IMG/VR virus record: IMGVR_UViG_3300045988_015843
Source of the DNA: a virus
Strand: one strand, 5' to 3'
DNA: 64,000 bases
Position 1 is the first letter of the stretch. The number at the start of each line of letters is the position of its first letter. The position numbers were made by a program, and so were the translations under genes. The notes beneath the pieces are model-generated. The model did not search any database. It had not been told where the DNA came from and saw nothing but the letters and a program-made list of their open reading frames with translations. Of this stretch, positions 11,551 to 20,491 are shown piece by piece.

Positions 11551-13455
11551 CTAAAAGAGTTCTAACTGTCGACATTTTAGATCATTTATAATCTTACGAG
11601 CTTCTGATATATAATAGCTGTAGTTGATCTTTCTGTCTTCAATTGGTTTGGAATCTAACTTGTTCAAGATCGTTATGCCGGATTTTGTTAGCATGTTCGA
11701 ATAATGAGGACCATCATCCTCATATTTGACCTTAAACAAGTAGTGTCCATTTGTTGATGCATAGAAGCGGTTGATTCGCTGAATATACTTATCTGCGTAT
11801 TCAACCTTGAACTTCTTATCAACGCGTTGTGTCATTAAAAAATCATCAATGTTATTAGCATTTTTGATAAACTCTGACACATCTTGTTTTGTAAGGAAAT
11901 AGTTAATCACAGCTTTAGGTATGATCAATGGTGCGAGACCTTTACCTAGTTTGGCATCTGTGATAAACATTCCCTTTTTCTCTATCAATTTTGGATTCTT
12001 AGATTGAGAATACCCTTTAACGACACCGAAATAATCGTTAACAGCGTACTGATAAAACGCTTCGTAGTCATCAGTTTCGAAACCTAAACGTGTAAGTTGC
12101 TCTACTTCATGGATTGCTGATTGGACACCACTCCTATCTGCCTCCTTAGCAACATACATGACACCATCTGTATTGACCTGCACAATCCTACAGCCCAACT
12201 GGAGCAATCTATCTACAAGCATAAGAAGTACCAATTGTCCATTGATACGAATCTTAAACACTGAAAATGGATCATACATCCATGAGGTTTCTTGCTGCAT
12301 TTTCCCTGTTACTGAGTTCAGTACAAGCTTTAGAGCTGTCGACTTGACTGATTCTCCACTACGTTTGGCAGCTATACGTTCATGATATACATGCTTATAC
12401 AACTCCCAAAATTCTTTTCCTAAGTGACGGGGTACCCACTTATATTGTACAATAAAAGATGGATACATTGAGGTGACATCTGCATGCCCTATGTACTCAC
12501 CTTCACTTGGAACGAAGATCTCTGGTTTGTTTAAGGAATGAATTCCTCCAACGCCCACAGAGTAGCGCGTTTTCGAGATAACAAAACACTTCTCGTATGC
12601 TTTTTGGCCTTTTGGAATAAGCTCTTTTCTGGTAGGAACGACTTGTCGTTTCATATCTTCCAAAACGTCTTGTAATATCGGATTTTTATATGTAATGAAC
12701 GGTAAGATAACGTCTTTCAGAGGTACGTAATCCATTGGAGATCTTTGTTCACTGACTATACTCTCCCTTTGGTGTGTACGTTTACAATACTCCTTAAGAA
12801 GCATCGTTTCTCCGAATTTGACGCTATCCATGGATAATGCGTTGATATTATACTCATCTTCCATGAATAACCGTACATCGATCTCTCCTTTCTTTTGTAA
12901 CGTATTCAGCAACTGTTCAGTTGAATCTACGTCGTTGATGTTATACGCTATCATTTTGTCAATCTGGTTAAGTGGAAGAAATTCATTGAAATCTCCATCG
13001 TACTCTTGGACATTATGATAGAACATCGTTATTTGCATTTCTTTCAAACCTACACGTAATTTACTACTAAACAACATTGTTAGTAGATCCATAGATTCGA
13101 AATAGTTTGCGAACATCCATCGTCTAAATGCTTTAGTATCTCCGTCTTTGGATAATACAACTGTTTGAGACAGCTTGTAGATACTATCCGTACATCTCCA
13201 TATAGGAGATTTGGATAATGGTTCTCGATACATGATAATATAGTTGATTACAACATCATCGTAGCGTTTATTGTTGTATCCACAAAAGAGATAATCTCTA
13301 TTGAAGAACTCAACCAAACTATCAATATCAATTCTACGTTGCGAAATCTCGAACTTGTTATACTTTCCAGTTTCAGTGTTTTTGCAAGTGCAATGAAACA
13401 CATTCGGAAACACCTCAATATCGTAGACAATAACTGGTTTGTTATGTATTACCAT
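11551..13455 (-). CDS. family B DNA polymerase
   Basis: Exo I VYDIEVFPN, Exo II YNINDVDST, motif A DVTSMYPS, motif B KLVLNSVTGK, motif C VNTDGV. The start is set at MVIHNKP (ATG 13455). The stop is TAG 11551-11553, followed immediately in frame by TAA 11548-11550. Confidence 0.85.
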   Translation of the reverse strand: MVIHNKPVIVYDIEVFPNVFHCTCKNTETGKYNKFEISQRRIDIDSLVEFFNRDYLFCGYNNKRYDDVVINYIIMYREPLSKSPIWRCTDSIYKLSQTVVLSKDGDTKAFRRWMFANYFESMDLLTMLFSSKLRVGLKEMQITMFYHNVQEYDGDFNEFLPLNQIDKMIAYNINDVDSTEQLLNTLQKKGEIDVRLFMEDEYNINALSMDSVKFGETMLLKEYCKRTHQRESIVSEQRSPMDYVPLKDVILPFITYKNPILQDVLEDMKRQVVPTRKELIPKGQKAYEKCFVISKTRYSVGVGGIHSLNKPEIFVPSEGEYIGHADVTSMYPSFIVQYKWVPRHLGKEFWELYKHVYHERIAAKRSGESVKSTALKLVLNSVTGKMQQETSWMYDPFSVFKIRINGQLVLLMLVDRLLQLGCRIVQVNTDGVMYVAKEADRSGVQSAIHEVEQLTRLGFETDDYEAFYQYAVNDYFGVVKGYSQSKNPKLIEKKGMFITDAKLGKGLAPLIIPKAVINYFLTKQDVSEFIKNANNIDDFLMTQRVDKKFKVEYADKYIQRINRFYASTNGHYLFKVKYEDDGPHYSNMLTKSGITILNKLDSKPIEDRKINYSYYISEARKIINDLKCRQLELF

Positions 13456-13470
13456 GGTTCTAAGACTCGT

Positions 13471-13521
13471 TTGGTTATAGAGGGCAGTTGGGAGTCGAAC
13501 CCTTTCTCGAATCTCCGAGAC
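13471..13521 (-). ncRNA. tRNA-like minihelix (acceptor + short hairpin + T-loop)
   Basis: GGGCAG A GTGG TCTCG-GAGATT-CGAGA AA GGG TTCGACT CCC AA CTGCCC T. The acceptor has 6 bp. The T stem is weak (3 bp). Confidence 0.3.
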
Positions 13522-13745
13522 CACTCTGCCCTGCAACTTAAACTATAGCGAGTTGCCAACTGCAGCCTACGTTCTGCGCCATTGCTTGGATTCAGAGGCT
13601 CTGGCTTTACGATCTATACGTCTATAGCCGTTATGTGTCACGAACAATCATATTTATCAGTCCATGAAGGCTAAATACTTTAAAGTAAGCTTGCCACGAC
13701 TTACTGCTTATATTCAAAGCACATATTTCAGCTGTTCGTGTTGTG

Positions 13746-13818
13746 TGGGCCATACAGGGCTTGAACCTGTGATCTTCTGATTATGAGTCAGCTGCTTTAA
13801 CCACTAAGCTAAAGGCCC
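13746..13818 (-). tRNA. tRNA-Met (or Ile2) anticodon CAT
   Basis: Hand-folded cloverleaf: GGGCCTT TA GCTT..AAGC A GCTGA CTCATAA TCAGA ... ACAGG TTCAAGC CCTGT ATGGCCC A. Confidence 0.85.
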
Positions 13819-13904
13819 AGGTCTCATACTATCTTCACAGACCGTATGAGAAATAAATGGAAAAAAACTACATGTTGTAACTAATGGAAAAACAAAATAA
13901 CACG

Positions 13905-13988
13905 TAGTGGAAGAGGGACTCGAACCCTCACGCTCTTATAAGCACCGGGACTTAAATCCGATGTGTCTACCTATTTCACCATTCCACC
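13905..13988 (-). tRNA. tRNA-Leu anticodon TAA (type II)
   Basis: GGTGGAA TG GTGAAATAGGTAGACAC, anticodon loop TTTAAGT, long variable arm, T arm GAGGG TTCGAGT CCCTC, acceptor TTCCACT. Confidence 0.8.
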
Positions 13989-14049
13989 AATAATAAGCCA
14001 CCCCTTAAAGGAGTGGCGAGCCTTAGCTTTTTCCATCTAAGGTGGTTAG

Positions 14050-14122
14050 AGCCTCTTGTCGGACTCGAACCGACAACCTCATGATTACAAATCAAGTGCT
14101 CTACCAATTGAGCTAAAGAGGC
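14050..14122 (-). tRNA. tRNA-Thr anticodon TGT
   Basis: GCCTCTT TA GCTCAATTGGTAGAGC A CTTGA TTTGTAA TCATG ... GTCGG TTCGAGT CCGAC AAGAGGC T. Confidence 0.85.
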
Positions 14123-14251
14123 AAAAACACCAACCGCTGTTGGTGCTAAAACATAGCTGTTTCACAGCAACTATGTTTTTGTGGTATCATCAAATCATTG
14201 CAGAACCTTAATTTAAAGTAAAAATGCTAATAAAAAGACAATTAACCAAAG

Positions 14252-14324
14252 TGATCCCTATGGGACTCGAACCCATGACCCCAACATTAAAAGTGTTGTA
14301 CTCTACCAACTGAGTTAAGAGATC
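14252..14324 (-). tRNA. tRNA-Lys anticodon TTT
   Basis: GATCTCT TA ACTCAGTTGGTAGAGT A CAACA CTTTTAA TGTTG ... ATGGG TTCGAGT CCCAT AGGGATC A. Confidence 0.9.
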
Positions 14325-14435
14325 AAGATACTCATATGTTCACACACCTGAGTATTTTTGTCACACGCTTGTGACACAGACTTGTTTATGAGAAATTCCA
14401 ATAACTAAAAACTTAAAATCAATCAATATGCATTG

Positions 14436-14516
14436 TACGAATGACAGGACTCGAACCTGCACGCTATTTAGCATAACATCCTAAGTGTTACGTGTCTACC
14501 GTTCCACCACATTCGC
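14436..14516 (-). tRNA. tRNA-Leu anticodon TAG (type II; reads CUN, not a suppressor)
   Basis: GCGAATG TG GTGGAACGGTAGACAC G TAACA CTTAGGA TGTTA, variable arm, then GCAGG TTCGAGT CCTGT CATTCGT A. Confidence 0.85.
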
Positions 14517-14560
14517 AAAAGACCTATTCAACACCATTATAGTGCTAAATAGGTCTCACG

Positions 14561-15481
14561 TTAGGCAGCAATCTGATGAATCATGTCCATCGTCAATGTA
14601 CGACCCAACGTCTGAGTTCGATTCTGTATGTACCCGCATACAACATTTTTGTTCATGGAATATGACAGGAGATCTTTTGCTCCTGTACGAACTAACGAGT
14701 TGTTTGCGTAGTCGTCATTGTTTATACGACTGATATTGTTATGCGGATCACTGATCCAACTCACAATCTCATTCTTGTACGTACCATCATAGTTCTTGAC
14801 TCGTGCGATACACGGTACAGATGATTTGTCATACTTTTCTTTCACAAGATTACGTATGTAGTTACGTGCGTCACTTTCTCGATTCTTCCATGCTGCTGTT
14901 AGCATCTCAGGGAAGAAGTCTTGTTTCAGCATCGTATCCGTAGGACGTGGGTGCTTACGCTCCCAACGCTCCATCTTATGTTTCTCAAGAAGTTTCGTAT
15001 AATCACGATAATACTCATATCGCCAATAAATACGCTTATTCTCCAACAATCCTATGTCAGAGATATCACGATACTTGATGTCCCAACCATAATCTTCAAC
15101 CTTCTTAGTGTGCGGAAAACGCCTATAAACGGCCGTATGGATCGTTTTAATGGGCTGACGTCCACTTGTAAGGTACATGGGATAATCTGGCTTCTCAGGT
15201 ACATCCCAGGGCTTGTACGGGGCTCCTGGAGTAGGTTTCATATTACACAGATCAATCGCCTTATCGATGATTGTATATACATTCCTACTGTTGTTAATAG
15301 TCATGAGGTTTATGCCATACATCATGCCCAACTCTTTCAAAGAGAATTTGTGCAGGTTGTTAACGAACGATTGGCCCCTTTTGGTTTCCAAAAAACACAT
15401 TATTTTCCACAACAATGCGCTCTTTGCATGACTAATCTTCCAAAACTTCTTAAACTGCTTGTCAATATTATATGTGTTCAT
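14561..15481 (-). CDS. hypothetical protein
   Basis: 306-aa ORF. The antisense ORF 14921-15505(+) is judged a shadow. Confidence 0.65.
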   Translation of the reverse strand: MNTYNIDKQFKKFWKISHAKSALLWKIMCFLETKRGQSFVNNLHKFSLKELGMMYGINLMTINNSRNVYTIIDKAIDLCNMKPTPGAPYKPWDVPEKPDYPMYLTSGRQPIKTIHTAVYRRFPHTKKVEDYGWDIKYRDISDIGLLENKRIYWRYEYYRDYTKLLEKHKMERWERKHPRPTDTMLKQDFFPEMLTAAWKNRESDARNYIRNLVKEKYDKSSVPCIARVKNYDGTYKNEIVSWISDPHNNISRINNDDYANNSLVRTGAKDLLSYSMNKNVVCGYIQNRTQTLGRTLTMDMIHQIAA

Positions 15482-15662
15482 TTTGATAATGTCTTTAGTG
15501 TGTGATACATTCGATTTAAGGCCTCATACAGGCCTTCTAAGCGCATCTAACACGTCTCATGGTTAGTTGTTAAGCCGTGCTGATTAAACGCTCTCTGTGA
15601 GCTTTTTCTGCATCGATCAGAATCCCCTCTGGGCAGTCCAAAACACTAAGCTCTATCTTGTT

Positions 15663-16196
15663 TTATGCCGCAAGAACGGCATCGAGACTGTTGTCAATTA
15701 TCTCAATCTGCGTCTCGTCATTATACTTGGCAATTGCACTCTTGCAAGATGCCACCATCAACTCAAGCTTGTTGATGATAGATGAAATCTTCTCATGGGT
15801 AAACACCTCGTTATAACCGAGTGCCTTCTTACCCTTCTGAGCCTTCAACTGAGGTGTAAGACAGCGTTTACGAATCTCATTAAGCTTCGTAATCTGCTCT
15901 TGGCACTCCTGAAGACGGAAAATGTTATAGTAATGAGACTTCATAAACTCAGAACTACTAAAACTAAGCTTGTCGTTGTTAAGATTATTGAGCAAACCCT
16001 TAATTAGGATTCGGTGCTCAATCTTCTGCGTAATCTGGTTATATAGCTCCAGAAGATTGTGTGTACGAAACTTCAGAGCGTTATTACGCAATGTGTTCTC
16101 GGCCTTGATAAAAGACCAATAGGTGGCAATCTCACTATCGAGACGCTTACGAGTGCTGATAATATCATTGGCATTCAACTTCTTATTCTTCTTCAT
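15663..16196 (-). CDS. hypothetical protein
   Basis: 177-aa ORF, same-strand context. Confidence 0.6.
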   Translation of the reverse strand: MKKNKKLNANDIISTRKRLDSEIATYWSFIKAENTLRNNALKFRTHNLLELYNQITQKIEHRILIKGLLNNLNNDKLSFSSSEFMKSHYYNIFRLQECQEQITKLNEIRKRCLTPQLKAQKGKKALGYNEVFTHEKISSIINKLELMVASCKSAIAKYNDETQIEIIDNSLDAVLAA

Positions 16197-16253
16197 ATTT
16201 GATATCTTTAAAGTAAAACATAGTTGAATTCGAGTGCCTCGTAAGTTACCTAG

Positions 16254-16325
16254 TTATCCCGCATGGGTTCGAACCATGAATGACAGAACCAAAATCTGTT
16301 GTGTTTCCATTTACACCACGGGACA
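16254..16325 (-). tRNA. tRNA-Gln anticodon TTG
   Basis: TGTCCCG TG GTGT AAATGGAA ACAC A ACAGA TTTTGGT TCTGT CATT CATGG TTCGAAC CCATG CGGGATA A. Confidence 0.85.
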
Positions 16326-16350
16326 GTGTGAACTGCGTAAGCTTGACTTG

Positions 16351-16660
16351 TAAGATACGCATTGATCTTACAAAGGCGTATGACTACAGCATACGGAGCG
16401 CAAATGCAGTTCTTTAGGGGTGATTGTTGTTGTTTGGAGTTAGCTCTTAGTTCATTGAACATACAAACTTTGCTCTTAAGATACGCATTGATCTTAAGAT
16501 TGCATATGACTACAGCATATGGAACATAAGTTGTTCATAGAACATTTTGGCTTATAATGTAGGAAGTCTATTGGTTTAATGATACGATATGTTACGAGCT
16601 CACATAAAGGTATGTTACAGATACGCATTGATCTGCAACTACAGATGACTGTAGCATCTG
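16351..16660 (-). repeat. Three copies of a two-hairpin module (16351-16395, 16475-16521, 16618-16660)
   Basis: Invariant core AGATACGCATTGATCT. Its flanking stem bases covary: TAAGAT/ATCTTA, TTAAGAT/ATCTTAA, CAGAT/ATCTG. A second hairpin also covaries: CGTATG/CATACG, CATATG/CATATG, CAGATG/CATCTG, with 7-nt loop ACTACAG or ACTGTAG. Confidence 0.7.
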
Positions 16661-16671
16661 GTTAGCCCAAG

Positions 16672-17244
16672 TTAATCGTCCACATGCCGTACCTTATATC
16701 CAGTAGGTTCCATGTAAAGTGTCACGAGAATGTCGCCTCGGGAGTCGTATACAGGAAGATCGGCTCCTCCAGTGAATTTTAGTTTGCTAAGGATATCCTC
16801 AGCAGACTCACGCCGTAAGGGAGTCCCCTTAGACGCCATGGGGCTAGATTCGATTGCGAAGCGCAGCGTATCGAACAAACGATCCACCACGATATTCACA
16901 TCTTTCGTAGCTATCAGCGCAGTAAGAATGTCTTTATTCAAACCACGCATGATTGTCTTTTGGGTATCGGAGCCCTCTGCACCAGCCATCTGGGCAATAG
17001 CCTCGTATACTCGCATACAGAACGTCTCAAATGAGATCTCCTTACTAAGGTTGAACAGATTGTTCCACCACTCATAAGAAGTCTCACCGAGATAAATTGA
17101 TCCGTCGTTTCGGATCCGTGTAAGCTTATAGGTTTTACCCTTCTTTACATCAGAATACACAGTCTCACTGATCTGAGGAGTGAGAAGCATCTCCTGAATG
17201 TGGAGCTTACTGTTTTCGGTTATACAATTGGATGTCACACTCAT
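16672..17244 (-). CDS. hypothetical protein
   Basis: 190-aa ORF, richer in GC than its neighbours. Confidence 0.65.
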   Translation of the reverse strand: MSVTSNCITENSKLHIQEMLLTPQISETVYSDVKKGKTYKLTRIRNDGSIYLGETSYEWWNNLFNLSKEISFETFCMRVYEAIAQMAGAEGSDTQKTIMRGLNKDILTALIATKDVNIVVDRLFDTLRFAIESSPMASKGTPLRRESAEDILSKLKFTGGADLPVYDSRGDILVTLYMEPTGYKVRHVDD

Positions 17245-17246
17245 AG

Positions 17247-17927
17247 TTACTCGACGCTAATGGATCCAACGATCGATGCGGATGTCACGGTCTTGCTACT
17301 GTCCCGTAACTCCTTCTTGTACTCCATGGCACGCTTGTTGTTGTTCTCGATCGTCTGAACGATGTTGTTCTTAGCCTTGGTGAGCTGCTGAATGAGGCTA
17401 TCGATTCGTGCCATCTCATTCTGGTTATAGCGGTTTACGATATCCACCACACCATCGGGATCGGCAAAGATAAGATCCCGTCGCTGAGACTCGATAGCCT
17501 CGCCAATACTCTCCTCGGAAGCCTCCGTGAACGGTCGGTTGCGATTGCCTACAGGACACACTGCGCTCATGTCCTCACCACGAGAGTTCTTGTCACCCTC
17601 GTTGATAAAGACGCACGGCGTGCCGTCACCTGCGTTCTTGAACTCGATACGATGAATATCGAAGCCCTGGATTGCATACCGGTTGATGCCTCGGTTGAGG
17701 CACAACTCCTTGTTGCCCGTGTTACGAATCTGTGCGATGAGATTACCATACTCATCGTCAATTGCGTGCTTGTTAAGGCGGAAGAACCGTCCACCAAGCG
17801 TTCCACCAATGTTACTCAACTCCATACGATTACCCCGCAGAACTGCTGCGTCAATTTTTACTTTATTCTCCATGTTCGTATCCTCTTTGAGATCGTCAGT
17901 GATTGACCAACGATACGAATTATACAA
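17247..17927 (-). CDS. hypothetical protein
   Basis: 226-aa ORF, 2 nt upstream of the next gene. Confidence 0.65.
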   Translation of the reverse strand: MYNSYRWSITDDLKEDTNMENKVKIDAAVLRGNRMELSNIGGTLGGRFFRLNKHAIDDEYGNLIAQIRNTGNKELCLNRGINRYAIQGFDIHRIEFKNAGDGTPCVFINEGDKNSRGEDMSAVCPVGNRNRPFTEASEESIGEAIESQRRDLIFADPDGVVDIVNRYNQNEMARIDSLIQQLTKAKNNIVQTIENNNKRAMEYKKELRDSSKTVTSASIVGSISVE

Positions 17928-17943
17928 TGTTATTTATCTCTGA

Positions 17944-19998
17944 AATGGTTTATTTGTTTTAAGTCATACGTTCAAAGGATGCACACATGGTGTGCCGCTT
18001 TTATCTTCTATAGCCTACACCTTTATATTCCTTTAAGAAGCTCAATCAGTGTATTTGGGAATCCAACGGTAGGATTAGCTAAGCCCTTACTCTATAGTCA
18101 CCTTCAGGAAAGCTTTGAATGATCCTTGACACTTCTGTGTATACGTATAACTCTTGAAGGTCTGGTTCAGGGACTCTTCTAGACCTCCAATAGTTTTTGT
18201 ATTTATGATTCTTACTAACAACCAAATCGTCTCGACTAATGCTCATAGTATAAATACGTTGACAAAATTTCGATTCAATATGGCTTAACCAACGAAAATT
18301 GAAAGATCGGATATATTTTGTGTTTCCATCCGAGTTGCTTGCATAAAAGGCTAAAAGCAACAAAAGCCTATTGTTTCCTCAAGATGATTATAGTAGAGAC
18401 ATAAATCATCCGTCTTACTCGAAAACCTACCCTGCTCTCTTCCAGTAGAGAGTACGCGAGGAGTGCGTTTCATTATCGAACATACTAAGCGTATCTACGG
18501 CTTTTTTGCCCTGACTTTGCTGTCAGTTCTTCTTTTTCATGAAATATTACTTGGGACTTCAACCCTATCGCTATTACTAATTATCACCCACTTCTTGCTT
18601 ATCACAACATCCCGAGACAGGGGAGTGTGATTATGGCCGCGTTACCGAACCAAACCTGCATACGCTTTTGCACTGCGTCTCATGGGCTACGAAGCTGCCT
18701 ACTAGGTTCACGATATATGTTCTATAGACTCGATACACGCATATTTGCTGTATGCGCTTTACCTATCTATTCGACATAGTGTATTCCATTAGTAACTTTC
18801 CGGGAGGTACAGGCAGTGTCTATCTTACAACGATAGCTTATCCATTCTCGTTCACATACTTACAACGTATGATATAGTGAGCGTTACTTCCATCCGGAGG
18901 ACATACTGTTAAACATGTTAATTAACTCTATAAATGCGTCTACGACTGTCGGTTGATTTCGTGTCAAGGAGACTGATATGATAAGTTAAAAGCATTCTGC
19001 TACGACTTGTAGGCGTTTATTCTACATTTTTACTGGCTCCAAACCATTCGCATCATAGTCTTAAAAAGTACCATATATACTTAACACTACTAAAACTTAT
19101 TCGTATTAACAACTGACGGAGGTCCTTCCAACTTGGCATGTTGGTTTTCGAATCGATCAGTTCTTCTGTTTTTTATTTGCTACTTATCCTGTAGCCCAGG
19201 CTGACTATCCGGCGTCACCCTACTCGCTTTCGCTTGAATACAACATTGCTTGCTAAGGGCTAGTTGTAAACTTAACATCAGACTTATGAACCCGGTCTCG
19301 TGTCGGGTAAGGCTTTCACTCCTACTACTCTCCTGCATCGAGAGTCTGGTCATTTTACTTTTATATACCGCATAAACGACCAAAGCCTGGCGGTCTCACT
19401 CTGTACTATTGCACCCCATCCCCGGTCTCCCATTCAACTGAGATCACTGGAATCGAACCAGTGGGATTTCCGTACGGCTATCCTAATGGTCACCCTATGA
19501 GTAGTACTCTCATAGTCTTCGTGAAATTCTTCGTTCCTCAATGCACGCTTTGGAGGCGTGTGACACTAAACTAAGCTATTGATACTTACATACAGGTTGG
19601 AATTGTATGTATGTCAACTCGTGTACGTTAATGCACAACTTAGTATCATTGTTGTACTTATCGATACGGTTCGTTTTGCTCTTCTTGAGACTTATGCGTC
19701 TTTTCATATACACACATCGCCAGACGGTTCTCATGTATGTACAGAGTAGGGTTGATACAACGCTGACCCTACTTACTATGAGTTTTTCACATTCATAGCA
19801 TTTCATCCTACCTTTTGAGTTTCTCACCCTTTGAGAGGGCTAACATATTCTCGGATCAAGTTTGTTGGTTGTCGTTTAACGGTTGATTATCCTCGACCGT
19901 GTCTAATTCATCGGATTCAGTGACAAGCTGTGGTCTTACCGATATAGTACCTATGCTAATGAGACATAACTAAAATGTACTGACCGAAGGAGACCTCG
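17944..19998. other. ~2.05 kb ORF-free region (candidate structured RNA or origin)
   Basis: All six frames are broken by frequent TAA/TGA as well as TAG, and only 60-94 aa chance-size ORFs occur. Contains a T-arm-like hairpin at 19445-19463, a 7-bp hairpin at 19494-19514, and a GAGACCG motif three times on the minus strand. Confidence 0.6.
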
Positions 19999-20487
19999 TC
20001 AATCCCTCGCTAAGCTTTTTACGTTTTTCGACCCTACACATGTCAGTTCTGATATGCGCATAGTACTGTCCGCCAGTACTGAGTCGAGGGAGAGCTTTGC
20101 ACGATCCCGTGGTGTTGCTATGAACAGATAAGACTTGTTGCGAGTACGATACTTAATCTGTTTGCGTTTGGGTGCCACAACCGTCACGCTCATTGGTGTT
20201 GAACTTTGCTTTGATTCAACGTATACTGTATCACGTACAGTATCTCGCTGTTGAGTCAAGGCGTTAGTGCGCAAATGGTTTATGTCAAAACCAGGTGCAC
20301 GTGGCTGACTTGCAGACACTGTCTGAGTTGGGCCACTGATCGTCAAGTTACTGCGCATACCCTTGATTCCTAAGAATAAGAATATTACACAGAACGACAA
20401 AACTGATATTTTACCCATAGCTTTGATAGCTTTTTTGTTTTTTACGAAAACAACTCTTTGAAAGCGACTGCTATCTTTGTTGCGCAT
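19999..20487 (-). CDS. hypothetical secreted/membrane protein
   Basis: 162-aa ORF with a hydrophobic segment ISVLSFCVIFLFLGI near the N-terminus. Confidence 0.55.
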   Translation of the reverse strand: MRNKDSSRFQRVVFVKNKKAIKAMGKISVLSFCVIFLFLGIKGMRSNLTISGPTQTVSASQPRAPGFDINHLRTNALTQQRDTVRDTVYVESKQSSTPMSVTVVAPKRKQIKYRTRNKSYLFIATPRDRAKLSLDSVLADSTMRISELTCVGSKNVKSLARD

Positions 20488-20491
20488 GTAC

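Noticed and set aside
16351-16660. CRISPR array (also considered for 36354-36550)
   Set aside because: There are only three units. The spacers are irregular (79 and 96 nt, or 8-11 nt), the repeats are not identical outside a 16-mer, and there are no cas genes. The pattern fits structured or iteron-like repeats better.
19430-19530. A tRNA gene (possibly intron-containing) around the T-arm-like hairpin at 19445-19463
   Set aside because: The sequence 3' of the T arm (ATCTCAG) has only a 5-bp partner (TGAGA) inside a neighbouring hairpin. No D arm or anticodon arm can be built, and no matching 5' exon was found up to 19998.
17944-19998. Group II intron or retron/DGR-type retroelement in the 2 kb ORF-free region
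   Set aside because: There is no reverse-transcriptase ORF anywhere in the window. There is no GUGYG 5' end. The only AGCCGTA-like string (around 19470) does not fold into a domain V hairpin with the expected 3' strand. I saw no template/variable repeat pair.
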